DNA of 52,335 nucleotides, filler included, from Stramenopiles sp. TOSAG23-2 (lineage: Eukaryota): NCBI GenBank assembly GCA_900128395.1. It is 3 parts of 3 records of this genome, joined end to end, with 100 filler letters (N's around TTAATTAATTAA, not from the genome) between each part and the next. Parts side by side here need not be neighbours in the genome. Positions count along the whole stretch, not along the records: positions 1 to 17,415 come from LT649646.1; 2 more parts are not named here. One strand, 5' to 3'. The notes under the pieces were generated by a model. The model did no database searches, was not told the DNA's origin, and saw only the letters and a list, made by a program, of their open reading frames with translations. Shown here one piece after another: positions 1 to 11,047 of the stretch. The position numbers were made by a program, and so were the translations under genes. Positions within the stretch are counted from its first letter, which is position 1. Each line of letters opens with the position of its first letter.

Positions 1-234
1 TCCAAAATTCATGATTTTTTGGGAGATCTAGGAATTATAATGCACGAGGTTTGATAGTAAAATATGTGTAATTTGTACTTATTAGTATACTAAATATTTA
101 TTTGTCCCTTGGAAGTCCTCTCTCAGATAAACCGGGTCATATATAATATCATATCGTTTCGTATGATAGTACACCACACCCCAAACAGAAATAAAACTTC
201 TTATTTTAATCACTTCCTTTTTTGAAATAAATCA

Positions 235-456
235 TACAAAGACTTTTGTTGTTTACCACCATCATCATTCATTATTTTTCTTTTCTTTTTTTTACTATTT
301 CTTGTAGCGTTGTTATTGTTATTATTATTATTATTATTATATGCATTACAAAGACTTTTGCTGTTTACCACCATCATCATTCATTATTTTTCTTTTCTTT
401 TTTTTACTATTTCTTGTAGCGTTGTTATTGTTATTATTATTATTATTATATGCATT
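235..456. repeat. 112-bp tandem duplication over the 3' end of pol eta
   Basis: tacaaagacttttg...atgcatt starts at 235 and again at 347. The copies are near-identical (gtt vs gct near the start). Confidence 0.9.
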
Positions 457-2721
457 GCTTAATTCAGAACGAATATCTTCAGGCAAAGCTGCAAAAACTG
501 TTGTATCAATATCATCAAATTTTGTTGGTATATTTGTCGTCTTCTTATTATTGTGATTAGATAATAAAGAATTACCATTATTATTATTATTATTTACATT
601 TAAATTATCATTATTTAAAAACATATTTGATCGTATATGTTTTTTCGTTTGTTTATTAAACATGTCTTTAATACTACGTTTTTTTTTACTTTGTTTATCA
701 TTGTTAATTCTATTTTTTTTCATCTTCTTATTATTATTACTATATTCACTTAATATTTCCTTTCGTATATCTTCTGGTAATGTTGCTAAAACAGCTTTAT
801 CAATATTATTCCAATTCGTTGTTGTACTTGTTAAAACTGGTGCTGTTTTTGTTGATAACGATGATGATGATGAGGAGGAGGCTAATGATCTCTTAAATGC
901 ATTTTGTATATTTCCTTTACCTTTCTTTGGTAAATCAACAAAATCAGCCATGCTTAAACCGATACGACTACATGGTAAACGTTTTTCTATTTTATAAAAT
1001 AATTTCTTACCAGTATTAAATATCATTTCCTCTGTTAAATTAATAATATTTGGCAATGACGTACGTATTGTACATGTGGGAGTCGCATTATTATCGCCAT
1101 TTTTCCATTTTTCTAAATGACTTTTACTTCGTACCCCACGATGATGCAATACTAAGTTTGTTGGTCTACGTTTGAAATTTTGTTTATCTTCAACATATCG
1201 TTCGTATACTTCACCAGCTAATGTTTCAATCCAATCAAATACTTCCTTTTCAAAATGTTTTGGCTCAAATGATTTCATTGCTAATAATGTTTTTGGTCTT
1301 ACTCTACTTGTTAAAATTTCTGAATCTACACCGTGTGAAATACGATGTAACCAACTTCCTGTCGAATCACCAAATTCTTTTTTCAAAATGGCTTCATTTA
1401 CATATTGTAACGTTTTAATAATAATTTGATCTTTTTCATTTTTAATATTAAAATCAATTCGATGATGACTTGCCGTTGATGTTGTTGTTGTTGTTGTAAT
1501 TGTTGATTCCGAAATATTATAATAATTATCATTATTATGATTATTATTGTTATTACTACTATTGTTTTCATTTCTTCTTCTTACATATCGTTTTAAAAAT
1601 TGACATACCGAATTTCCTAATTTTCCTCCTAAACCAGGAACACCTTTTACTGGAAGATTTGCTAAAACAGATGGTGAATGCCGATGTGGTATTATTGTTT
1701 GCTTTTTTGGTTTATTTTTACTACTACCAATTTTTGCAAGTAATTTATTTGATGCAATACCAGCACTAATGGAATAACCTAATTCATTTTGTACCGCGTC
1801 TCGGATTTCTTTCACAATAATAGCTGCATGAATTAATAAATTATCATGTGGTGATTCCAAATCAACTGAACCAACGACACACGATACAGATCTAGCTTCA
1901 TTTACAATTTGCATCATTTTGTTGTTCTTATTATTCATTGTTTTATATATATTGCTTTCCATATCGATTTCATTTGTACTATTATTATTATTATTATTAT
2001 TTTCTTGCATCATTTTTGTACATGTAGATGTTAAATCCATATACGCTTCATCAATCGATGCACGTAATAAAATATCTCCATCTTTGATAAATCTTTGAAA
2101 TATATTCATCACTTTAAATGATGCAGAACGATAACGTGATAAAGATACTTTTTGTTTTGTTCGATCTCGTATGTTATCATTGTGATCATCATTGATAATA
2201 TTTTTTTTTTCATTATTATTATTATTGTTTTTTATTTTCGAATCTTTCTTTTCTTTTTTTTCGTGGTGAGATAATTCATCATCATCTTCTTCATCTTCTT
2301 CTTCATCTTTTTCACCTAATAGACGTACATGAACACATCTAACCCTTGGGTCAATTTTTTTTGCTTCTTCTGCTAACATACCACGTTTTATTCCCAATGC
2401 TCTGCAATTATAATCAACCGCAATTAAAGATGTCCATTGTTGTACTGCCAATGGCACATTGTTTGGAATATTCAATCTTACCCTTTCCACTGCTGCATAA
2501 AAACAATCTGCATCTAAATGTACAATAACTCTCGGCAAAGTTTGGGATGTCAATAATACATGGTTATTTGATACAAACTCATCTGCTTCTGGTTCCGTTG
2601 TTGTATTAATTTGATTTGTACTTCTATATTTTTCACGCTTCCATAATCTACCAGTTGTTTCCGTTTGTTTTTTCCTATTTATAATATTACCATTATCATT
2701 ATTATGTTCATTATAATTCAT
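346..2721 (-). CDS. POLH: Y-family translesion DNA polymerase eta (Rad30/POLH-like) with two C-terminal UBM-like motifs
   Basis: Catalytic motifs VHLDADCFYAAVE, AVQQW..LIAVDY, YRSAS, RASIDEAYMD, SAGIASNKLLAK..NKP..QT and HhH-like GVPGLGGKLG. UBM-like IDKAVLATLPEDIRKEI and IDTTVFAALPEDIRSEL. The true C-terminus probably ends at the stop at 210-212 (see findings). Confidence 0.9.
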   Translation of the reverse strand: MNYNEHNNDNGNIINRKKQTETTGRLWKREKYRSTNQINTTTEPEADEFVSNNHVLLTSQTLPRVIVHLDADCFYAAVERVRLNIPNNVPLAVQQWTSLIAVDYNCRALGIKRGMLAEEAKKIDPRVRCVHVRLLGEKDEEEDEEDDDELSHHEKKEKKDSKIKNNNNNNEKKNIINDDHNDNIRDRTKQKVSLSRYRSASFKVMNIFQRFIKDGDILLRASIDEAYMDLTSTCTKMMQENNNNNNNSTNEIDMESNIYKTMNNKNNKMMQIVNEARSVSCVVGSVDLESPHDNLLIHAAIIVKEIRDAVQNELGYSISAGIASNKLLAKIGSSKNKPKKQTIIPHRHSPSVLANLPVKGVPGLGGKLGNSVCQFLKRYVRRRNENNSSNNNNNHNNDNYYNISESTITTTTTTSTASHHRIDFNIKNEKDQIIIKTLQYVNEAILKKEFGDSTGSWLHRISHGVDSEILTSRVRPKTLLAMKSFEPKHFEKEVFDWIETLAGEVYERYVEDKQNFKRRPTNLVLHHRGVRSKSHLEKWKNGDNNATPTCTIRTSLPNIINLTEEMIFNTGKKLFYKIEKRLPCSRIGLSMADFVDLPKKGKGNIQNAFKRSLASSSSSSSLSTKTAPVLTSTTTNWNNIDKAVLATLPEDIRKEILSEYSNNNKKMKKNRINNDKQSKKKRSIKDMFNKQTKKHIRSNMFLNNDNLNVNNNNNNGNSLLSNHNNKKTTNIPTKFDDIDTTVFAALPEDIRSELSNAYNNNNNNNNNATRNSKKKKRKIMNDDGGKQQKSL

Positions 2722-3065
2722 GTTTTCCCTACCGTTATTGATATGTCATTTATTTTTATTTTCATTAATCATCGAAGAGAGAAAAAAAAACCAAAAATGT
2801 ATCGTGTTCTATCATTTTATCCTTTCCCACAACGCATCATCGCATCATCGCATTCGAAAAAAAATAATTTTTTTTTCTATATTTTTTTAGTTAGATTTTT
2901 TATTGATTGAATTTGGTGCTTTTTTGGATGTCGGCCAAAAAAAAGCCACCAAAAATGGTTTCTCTTAATGCTGTGTCAGTGCTGTATAATATATAGCTAA
3001 CTTAGATTTTAACCATCATATATATATAAGTTACCTGTAAAGTAAAAGAATTCTTATTATTTTTT

Positions 3066-4337
3066 TTAGATACGCGCACAACTTGGTCGTGAGGAGAAGT
3101 AGGATCCTGTGCCACATTCTTCATTGTCGTCATCAACGATCTCCGCAACAACTATGCTATCACTTAACCTGATTATTGGTGTAAGACTTGCAAGTAGCGG
3201 GAATCCGTTAGAAACTGAATTTAAATGTAAACGTTTCGTATCGCTACAATATACAACAAAGGTGTCACCTGGCTCAACTTTTACAGAATCAATTATTCCT
3301 TCTGTATTTAACTTACGATAATACAACATCCTAGTGTTCATATATGCAGTAAATTCATATGTTGTAAATGCATCATTATTATCATTGCCATGACTAATAA
3401 AATAAGGTGGCGGGCATGGGCTCTCAAATTTTAGTTTTGGTTTTAATAGCCCATTTTCTAATTTTTTACAAACAAACAAATGAAGAGAATAATGTGAACG
3501 AAATGAAATGTGGAAGGATGATGCACCAGCAGCAGGTAGACCTGCAGTACTTGCAACATAAGAAGTATTCCAGGGATGTTCAACTTGCTCTGGAAGCAGC
3601 CCCAATTCATTATCAAACATATAAGTTGAATCTAACACTTGATTGGCAATTAATCTCGCGCAATTATAATTGACTGTTGACGTTTTTTGTTCTACTGTTG
3701 CATTATATTTTTCACTAAGCAACGTTTTTAACCCAAAACCTCTCGAATGAGAGTTTTCCCAAACACAATGATTGAAATGTAATCTAAACCGATTATCTAA
3801 ATTATGAATACCACTGTGAAATTCTGCTAATTGGTCCATGTCTAAACCAATTCCATGCCTTTCAAGTTTTACATCAATACCAGGCAAGGAATTGGTTGAT
3901 GATCCCCCTCCATTATTATTTGAAATTCCCCCACCTCCACTATTACTACTTGTAGTGGTCGTTGTGGTGGTGTTTGTTGATGTTGTTGATATTATATTTG
4001 TTACAGTAGTGGTACTTCGTGTTTGCTCTTCATTTATTTCATTATTATCCAAGTCATTGCTTTCATCAGTTAAATCAACAGTTTCGGGTATTGGTCCAAC
4101 TTTTTTCAATTCGTTTCTTAACTCACGGTTTTCATTTACCAAATCAATCCCGATACTAATATGTTTTCTAATTTCTCTGCCCTGTGCACGAATTATACGC
4201 AAAAGATTCCGTTCATTTGGTGTGTGTGCCTGCAACATATTACTATCACCGCCATGCTTACGACGTTTTCTTTGTCTAGCACTACTTGACCTGCCATTCT
4301 GTCGAAGGTTACTTTCAGCCGCATGGCGTTTGCTCAT
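3066..4337 (-). CDS. Hypothetical protein with basic NLS-like N-terminus, short coiled coil, Thr/Ser/Gly linker and globular C-terminal domain
   Basis: 423-aa ATG-initiated ORF, RQRKRRKH near the N-terminus, no recognised family motif. Confidence 0.7.
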   Translation of the reverse strand: MSKRHAAESNLRQNGRSSSARQRKRRKHGGDSNMLQAHTPNERNLLRIIRAQGREIRKHISIGIDLVNENRELRNELKKVGPIPETVDLTDESNDLDNNEINEEQTRSTTTVTNIISTTSTNTTTTTTTSSNSGGGGISNNNGGGSSTNSLPGIDVKLERHGIGLDMDQLAEFHSGIHNLDNRFRLHFNHCVWENSHSRGFGLKTLLSEKYNATVEQKTSTVNYNCARLIANQVLDSTYMFDNELGLLPEQVEHPWNTSYVASTAGLPAAGASSFHISFRSHYSLHLFVCKKLENGLLKPKLKFESPCPPPYFISHGNDNNDAFTTYEFTAYMNTRMLYYRKLNTEGIIDSVKVEPGDTFVVYCSDTKRLHLNSVSNGFPLLASLTPIIRLSDSIVVAEIVDDDNEECGTGSYFSSRPSCARI

Positions 4338-4669
4338 ACTGCCTTTCCTTTCTCTTCCTGGTTAGCTAATATAAATATCGCGCGTCTGCCTAATTATGCC
4401 GTCGGTAAGTCCAATAGACCATGCTGAGCATGCTGGTATGACCGTTCAAATCAAGTCTCCTGTATATAATATCTTTTTTTTTTATTTGAGGAATAATTTC
4501 CTTCTAGAAAATTATCCTTTTTGCATCCCTTCATCCCTTCATCCTATGTCAATTATTATTACAAAAAATATTTAAAGAAACTATTATTGCTGTTTTTAAA
4601 AAGAAAAGAAAAGGTAGGATATAATAGAAAATAGGTTACGTAGTTTATTAATATTTATTTATTTGAAAT

Positions 4670-7315
4670 ATGGCAACGAGGAAACATAATCATCATAGAC
4701 GAACAAGAGCAAGTGTTGCACGGACAGAATCGAAAACATTAAAATTATTCAATCATCAATCCAGCAATCATCAATCCAATCATAGAATGTTAAAAAATGT
4801 AAGTTTGCACTCCGTTTCAAAAGATATCATGAGTCAACAAAATAAATTTCAAAAGAAACTTGAAGAGATTATAAAATCATATAAGGAAGTACACCGTAAA
4901 CCGTTAGATTTTAAAACATTTTTGACAACACTTGCACGATCTAAATCATTTCTGAAACGTTTGAAAAATGGTGAAGGTGCTGCACGAATACCATTTCAAA
5001 GTTTAGAAGCAGCATTTGAAGCAGCTGGTATGGATATGACTTTATATGATACCCAGCAACTTTTAAAATATATTGTTGGATTATCACTTCAAGATTCAGC
5101 TGGCGGTGGTGAAAGTGATAAAAGTACAGATGCTAGTAAAATTATATGTGGTGTAATTGGTGTAGTTGGAGGTTCAAACTATTATGTTCGAAGAGATTTA
5201 TTGTATCATTTTTGTTTGGATCGAACGAAAAAATATGTGAAATTCAAAGATCCTAGTTTCGTTGCAAAAGACGCTGTAATAGATTTGCTGCCAACGCGCC
5301 ATTATGAATGTAAATTACTTAATCGATTTATCGATAATTATTTTATAGACCCTGATGATACTAATGAAACTCCATTGAATTCATCAACAAAATTTTTGAC
5401 ACAAAAAGTTTTATATGAATTTATACAAAAACATTCAGATGCTTTCCCTGGATTATTAACAGGTCTTACACGCCATGTTTTGATTGAGGCGGGCATTGAG
5501 GCAACAAATGAAGCTGACTTTGAAGAATATCATTTAAATCGCCACAAATTCACACGACAACGTACGATCAAGAATAGAACTGATACTGCCAATTCAAATG
5601 CGTCAAATGTAAATCATAACTTTGTTGAATCTCAAAAGAATATGAATCATGATAATAGTAATAACAATACCAATACAAGAATGAAGGGGAAAAGTCGTGA
5701 TAAATATTTCAACAAGAAAAGAAATAACATTTTGAAAAGCCAAAATACTCATTCCAATAATAATGATAGTGTATCCATTGATGTAAACACCATTGATGGT
5801 GCGAATGAATCATATAATAATAACGATGGTAGTAAACGGAATATGTCAACTGTTGATATGATTCGAAAACAGTTATTTCAATCTTTACTCATTGGAATTA
5901 TTATTTGTTTAGATATTGCAGGGGCATATTATTTTCAAAATTCATTCAGTGTTGAAGTTTCATTATCTTATGTATACATAGCTTTAATAAATTTAGGTGT
6001 GTTCGCCCTTTGGTACATTGCATATACTGGAGTGATAATAACCCGTTGTATCATACAATTATGTTGTGCTCGGTTTGGTAATAATGTAGCAAACGATGAT
6101 GATTGGTATGATGATGATGATGATGGCGACGATGACAATAACGATCGTAGTAGTACTAGTAGCAATAAACAAGAATCAAATAAAGTCCGCTATACATTTG
6201 GTATGACTGAAGAAGCAGATGGGCGACGTAAAAGAATGTTAAAATTGCCATCAACTGATGCTAACATAGTCGCAAAACTTTTAAGATTCAGAAGATCATC
6301 TTCGTTTTCAACTGTGATGTCTTCTCAACTAGATGTTGCTGATGATCATAATCCAAGTAGATTCACGAGATCCATATGCACTATTGATTTAAGTAAAAGA
6401 CAACTTACGAAAGCCGTGTATACATTCACTTGGATTAAAGCCGATAGTGTTGAACGAGGGGATAAAGAAGCTTTATCAAAATTGCAAATAACTTCATCAA
6501 CAACTATTGACGTCAGTGGTGATCTGGTATTTAACTTACATTTTGACAATGATGAATCGATTTATTGCAAAGCATTGAATCCAAAGGATTATATGAGATG
6601 GCTAAGTGCACTTGAACCAATGGTAGGCCATGATGGATCCCCTAATCGCAACAAGGATAACAAAGATTATTACAATGGTAGAAATAATGACAGTGATCTT
6701 TCTATAGATAGTCTGGGGGTTTCTAGTGCATTTGCAAGCCCATCTAGTTATAAGGAAGATGAAAACGGGGTGGAATTCGATAGAAAACCAAAATTACAGC
6801 GTTCAATATCGCATAGGGTCTCCAAGATATCCACAGATTTCATTTCTCGTACTAATAAAAAGAATTTTATCGCCAGGGAACCATCAAACTCTGTGGCATT
6901 AGATAAAAATGGTTCCTTTAATGTTGATGCAGAAATTCGACAAAGAGAAGCACGACAACGGCAAAAAAAGCAAGAACAGGAAGAAGAGGAGAGAAGGCAA
7001 CGAGAAGAACGTGAAAAGCAACAAGAACAAAACTTTCATTTACATACCGCTGATACTGCTGATTTACACAAAGTTAGCACATCCGAAATTTTATCGACAG
7101 ATAATATAGATTTAAACACATCACCATCGCGCGGAGATTCAACTTATGAAATTTATCAACCGGCTAATTCTCCATCGCTAAGCAAACAGTCCTCTTCTTA
7201 CAACAATCAATCGTTTAAAAGTAGCGATAATGGATCTCAGGGTGTCGATCTTGCCGATGAAATTTCTATATTGGATGATATGCTTGGTTTATATGATGAT
7301 GATGATGATGATTGA
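4670..7315 (+). CDS. Hypothetical membrane protein with two TM helices, a probable PH-like domain and a charged coiled coil
   Basis: 881-aa ORF. Hydrophobic pair LLIGIIICLDIAGAYYF and YVYIALINLGVFALWYIAY. A beta-rich segment ends in FNLHF..SIYCKALNPKDYMRWLSALE, resembling the Trp-containing terminal helix of PH domains. Confidence 0.7.
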   Translation: MATRKHNHHRRTRASVARTESKTLKLFNHQSSNHQSNHRMLKNVSLHSVSKDIMSQQNKFQKKLEEIIKSYKEVHRKPLDFKTFLTTLARSKSFLKRLKNGEGAARIPFQSLEAAFEAAGMDMTLYDTQQLLKYIVGLSLQDSAGGGESDKSTDASKIICGVIGVVGGSNYYVRRDLLYHFCLDRTKKYVKFKDPSFVAKDAVIDLLPTRHYECKLLNRFIDNYFIDPDDTNETPLNSSTKFLTQKVLYEFIQKHSDAFPGLLTGLTRHVLIEAGIEATNEADFEEYHLNRHKFTRQRTIKNRTDTANSNASNVNHNFVESQKNMNHDNSNNNTNTRMKGKSRDKYFNKKRNNILKSQNTHSNNNDSVSIDVNTIDGANESYNNNDGSKRNMSTVDMIRKQLFQSLLIGIIICLDIAGAYYFQNSFSVEVSLSYVYIALINLGVFALWYIAYTGVIITRCIIQLCCARFGNNVANDDDWYDDDDDGDDDNNDRSSTSSNKQESNKVRYTFGMTEEADGRRKRMLKLPSTDANIVAKLLRFRRSSSFSTVMSSQLDVADDHNPSRFTRSICTIDLSKRQLTKAVYTFTWIKADSVERGDKEALSKLQITSSTTIDVSGDLVFNLHFDNDESIYCKALNPKDYMRWLSALEPMVGHDGSPNRNKDNKDYYNGRNNDSDLSIDSLGVSSAFASPSSYKEDENGVEFDRKPKLQRSISHRVSKISTDFISRTNKKNFIAREPSNSVALDKNGSFNVDAEIRQREARQRQKKQEQEEEERRQREEREKQQEQNFHLHTADTADLHKVSTSEILSTDNIDLNTSPSRGDSTYEIYQPANSPSLSKQSSSYNNQSFKSSDNGSQGVDLADEISILDDMLGLYDDDDDD

Positions 7316-7599
7316 AGCAGGATGTATCGCTAGAAAATTTACAGAGGGGAGAAAGGAGAAAGAGGGCGGGAGGGTGTTTAAATATTTTTATTTTTTAAAA
7401 AATACGAAGTAATATCATATTTGTTTTAATGGAAATAGCGCGCCATGTGTGTAATAAATATGTTTTTCGATGTATGTAAGTGTATGTATCTTTTAAAAAA
7501 TAATACGAAGCGTATAATAACAGCCGTTTTAAACACTTTTTTGTGGTAGTATTCCCCCCCTCTCTATTACACTTTTAAAATCCGCGCATTATGAACGAG

Positions 7600-9042
7600 T
7601 TATTGTGATTTCAACTTGTCGCTGTTAACAAAGCCTGAACCATCTCTAACTTTGCTTACTTCTTGTTTATATTCCGTTTCCATTCTTCCTACTTGACTTT
7701 CTGCTGCTTGCACTTTCTTATGTGCTTCTTCCTTCACTGCCTCCATTTTTGCATGCATTTCCTCTAAATGTTTCTTAATTTCTTCTTGAACTAATTTTTT
7801 TCCTTCATCTGAAAGTCCTGTGGTAGTTTGTTTTTCTATTTGTTTAACTATATTTGTGGTATTTATTTGATGTGTGGTTACATTTAGTGGTTCGTCCAAC
7901 TTAGGAGCTATAGTTTTGTTTTCTGGGACGTATTGCAATTGCCCTTGTGTTTCCGATGACGAAGGCGGCAATACTACCCGCGGACCACGCAAGGTTTGGA
8001 ATTTTTTGTAACGTTTGCGATATTCTTCTGCCCGTTTTGTATAGTTGGCTAATGCAGCTTTTTGGAATACCTCTAACTCTGTTAAATTCTTTAACTCCGC
8101 GGTTTTTCGAACCACTTTCTTATTTTCGATCCTTTCAACAGTAGTGAAATTAACTTGTCTTCGGTTCAAACTGGTCAACATGCTATTGATTCTCTTGATA
8201 ACTTGTGGAAGGTTCGTTTTCAAGAATTCTTTTCTATGTCTTGAAACAATGTCTACACCCTTCTTGATGAATCCCTCGTATACTTGAGAAACAACGTCTA
8301 ATATAGCTGTTGTCGGATTAGCAAGTGCTTGTACACAGATAACAGCAGCTGCATCTGGTCGTATTTTTTTGAAGATTGGCAATAATTCTGCTTTTTCCTC
8401 TAAAAGCGTTAAACAACCACCTAGACCAAGCAATGAATAAACTTTATTTTGTCCAAGTTTTCTAACAATGTCTGATAATGGTTCATCTTCACCCGCACCA
8501 AACTCAAGCGCTCTTAATGGATCAAGGGCAAATTTTTTAGCTTTTAAGTCTTTACACATTTGTGTACGTGCTGCTAAACCTTCACTTTCAGAACCAAAGT
8601 TACGGCATACTTCCATGTTTGCTTTTCCCAAGAGACACCATTTATTCAACATTTGGTAGTTGTCTGCTTTAATAGCAATATCGAATGATACTTTCACACC
8701 ACTTTTAGTTGTTGAACAGCCTTTTTTGCCCATTGATGCACTACAAAGACCGCATTCCTGTCCTTTCTTTTTTGTACCAAACAAAACTTTTCTTGCACGT
8801 GATTCAGATGCTTGTAATAAAGGACCTTTATCGTCCTCGGAAAGTTTCTCGTTGTTACAATACCCCAAGTCAAGTCCAGTCAATTTTCCATCAAGTGGGC
8901 ACCATGCATCAAGTTCTTTCAATTCTGCAAGATGGCTATCGCTACTTTGTGCTTTTGGATCTTCTCCCTTCATAGCCATAACATTACTGTTTAAAGTGAC
9001 TAATAAACATGTTGCGAAAATTAAAAAGTTAATAGTTTTCAT
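7600..9042 (-). CDS. Secreted protein with Cys-rich N-terminal half and C-terminal coiled coil, function unknown
   Basis: First ATG at 9042 gives signal-peptide-like MKTINFLIFATCLLVTLNSNVMA. Multiple Cys in the first half, E/K-rich heptads at the end. Confidence 0.75.
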   Translation of the reverse strand: MKTINFLIFATCLLVTLNSNVMAMKGEDPKAQSSDSHLAELKELDAWCPLDGKLTGLDLGYCNNEKLSEDDKGPLLQASESRARKVLFGTKKKGQECGLCSASMGKKGCSTTKSGVKVSFDIAIKADNYQMLNKWCLLGKANMEVCRNFGSESEGLAARTQMCKDLKAKKFALDPLRALEFGAGEDEPLSDIVRKLGQNKVYSLLGLGGCLTLLEEKAELLPIFKKIRPDAAAVICVQALANPTTAILDVVSQVYEGFIKKGVDIVSRHRKEFLKTNLPQVIKRINSMLTSLNRRQVNFTTVERIENKKVVRKTAELKNLTELEVFQKAALANYTKRAEEYRKRYKKFQTLRGPRVVLPPSSSETQGQLQYVPENKTIAPKLDEPLNVTTHQINTTNIVKQIEKQTTTGLSDEGKKLVQEEIKKHLEEMHAKMEAVKEEAHKKVQAAESQVGRMETEYKQEVSKVRDGSGFVNSDKLKSQ

Positions 9043-9858
9043 TTTGTCTCGCAAATTATATCTGTAAATAATAAGTTATATACGCGTTTCGATAGAAAAA
9101 GATGTTGCACCTTTTGTATTTATATTACGTATACGTATGTATGTATTTATATATATATATGTACGTATGGATGTAGTATGTGAAAATAGATGGGGAGTAT
9201 ATATATATATATATATATATGTATCGTTTGTTGTATTTATATCTATATATGCATATATGTATGTAACCATTGTTTATTAAAGTTAAATAGGGAATAAACT
9301 TGATAAATTAAATAAATTTGTTATTTATAAATCCAATATAATTTAATTCATAGGATATCCTTTACTATACTTGTAATAACTTTAGACTACATATAAAATC
9401 AATATTTTCCATTTATACTTGTAGTGATGTATATGGTAAATATCCTAAATGTATGTAATATCATGTTAAAAAGTCTAGTAAAAATGTTGTACTAACCACC
9501 CCCTTTTTTTTGTTCTTGTTCCTTCAGTTTCTTTTTTTTTTCCTTCCTTTCTCTGAACCCTAACTCCAACGCGAACTCTTTTTGAATTTTAAGTATACTA
9601 TTCTGTAGTCTTATATTTTAATATGGACACAGCAAAGAAAAGAGAGCCGAACAAACAACAACAACAACCAGCTCAACACGTGGCCAATCATCAAATAAAA
9701 TACAAATGATCCATATAGAATCCTGTATGTTTGCATTGTGATGGAACACGACAAAACATATAGTAAAGAAAGAAACATATAAATTAAGAGTGAAGAATAA
9801 ATAATCAATATTTTATATATATATATATATATACATATCGAAAAAAGAAAACAGAACA

Positions 9859-10398
9859 ATGAATCGTAGGTTTGTAAACATTTTATGTATTGTTGCCGTT
9901 GCAATTATAGCATTTACTATTATGGTTAATGTTGCTGAAGCGAAAAAGAAAACTGCTGACCCGAAACATTGTGAAGTATGCAAAAAAGTTGTTGGTGATC
10001 TCATTGCGAAAGTAAAAGAAATGCCAAAGAAACAGCAGAAAGATAAGAACAAGATTGAAAAAATTATTGCAAAGTATTGCAAGGATAAAGGCAAAAAATT
10101 GAATCCAAAAGAAAAAAAAGTTTGTTACTATCTTGAACCAATTAAAAGAGAAGTATCCACACCAATAAGTTTCGGTGCTCCAGTTGACCGTGTTTGTAAA
10201 AAACTTGAAAAAAAAAATGACGAAATTTGTCAAGTCAAATACAAAATCAAGTTGAAAAAAGGTGAAATGAACTATGCTAAGATGCGTGTTAAACATTTGC
10301 GTCAAATTCTTGCTGATCGTGGTGTTGCATGCACTGGATGTACAGAGAAATCAGAATTTGTTAAAAAATGTCAAAATACTGAGCATTTAGAAATGTAA
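9859..10398 (+). CDS. MANF: MANF/ARMET/CDNF-family ER protein
   Basis: Signal peptide, saposin-like Cys pattern (CEVC...YC...KVCYY...VC.KL..K..EIC), SAP-like KMRVKHLRQIL...CTGCTEKSEFV with CxxC, and a KDEL-like end (EHLEM). Confidence 0.92.
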   Translation: MNRRFVNILCIVAVAIIAFTIMVNVAEAKKKTADPKHCEVCKKVVGDLIAKVKEMPKKQQKDKNKIEKIIAKYCKDKGKKLNPKEKKVCYYLEPIKREVSTPISFGAPVDRVCKKLEKKNDEICQVKYKIKLKKGEMNYAKMRVKHLRQILADRGVACTGCTEKSEFVKKCQNTEHLEM

Positions 10399-10639
10399 AA
10401 AAGACGTATTTTTTTAATTTTTTTTTAGAACTCTAGAGTGGATAAAAGAGTTGTGTGTTTAGTTTTTGGGAGAGGCAAAAATGCTTTTATGTGTTTTTTT
10501 AATTTGGCATTATATGCAAGAAAGAAATTAGATATTATAAAATGTTTAATATACGTATACGATATATATACAAAACTGAGAGAGAGAGAGATAAAATTAT
10601 ATTTTTGGTAATATTATATTTTCTTATTAGTTTTTTAGT

Positions 10640-10762
10640 TTTTAGTTTGATACGAGCGTGATCAATACATTTTAAACAAGATCTCATATTTTCTTAAAAT
10701 TTAATTTTTTATTTTTTAGTTTGATACGAGCGTCATCAATACATTTTAACATCTCATGTTTT
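10640..10762. repeat. Imperfect direct repeat (about 55 bp core, about 73 bp period) between convergent genes
   Basis: ttttagtttgatacgagcgt(g/c)atcaatacattttaa...atctcat occurs twice. Confidence 0.75.
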
Positions 10763-11047
10763 TAAAAAATTTACCGACGTAATATGTGTGTAAATCTTTA
10801 GCTATTTAAAAATTTCTACACTTGCACCACACCTCTTTTCTGTCTCGGACTTGTGCCGCAATTCATTATATTATATAACACCCTCAAATCGATTTAATAA
10901 TATCCAAAAAAAATATTACTGATCCGTCGATTCGTATATTACTGATGCTGACACCAACTATATATATACCTTTTTCTCTTTTTACCGCAGAAATGCATTT
11001 TAAATAAAGTATATACATATATATAAATGTTGTTACCTAATTTATAC

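Noticed and set aside
3066-3080. C-terminal CARI as a CaaX prenylation signal
   Set aside because: Arg at the second 'a' position is unfavourable, and there is no supporting polybasic or second Cys signal.
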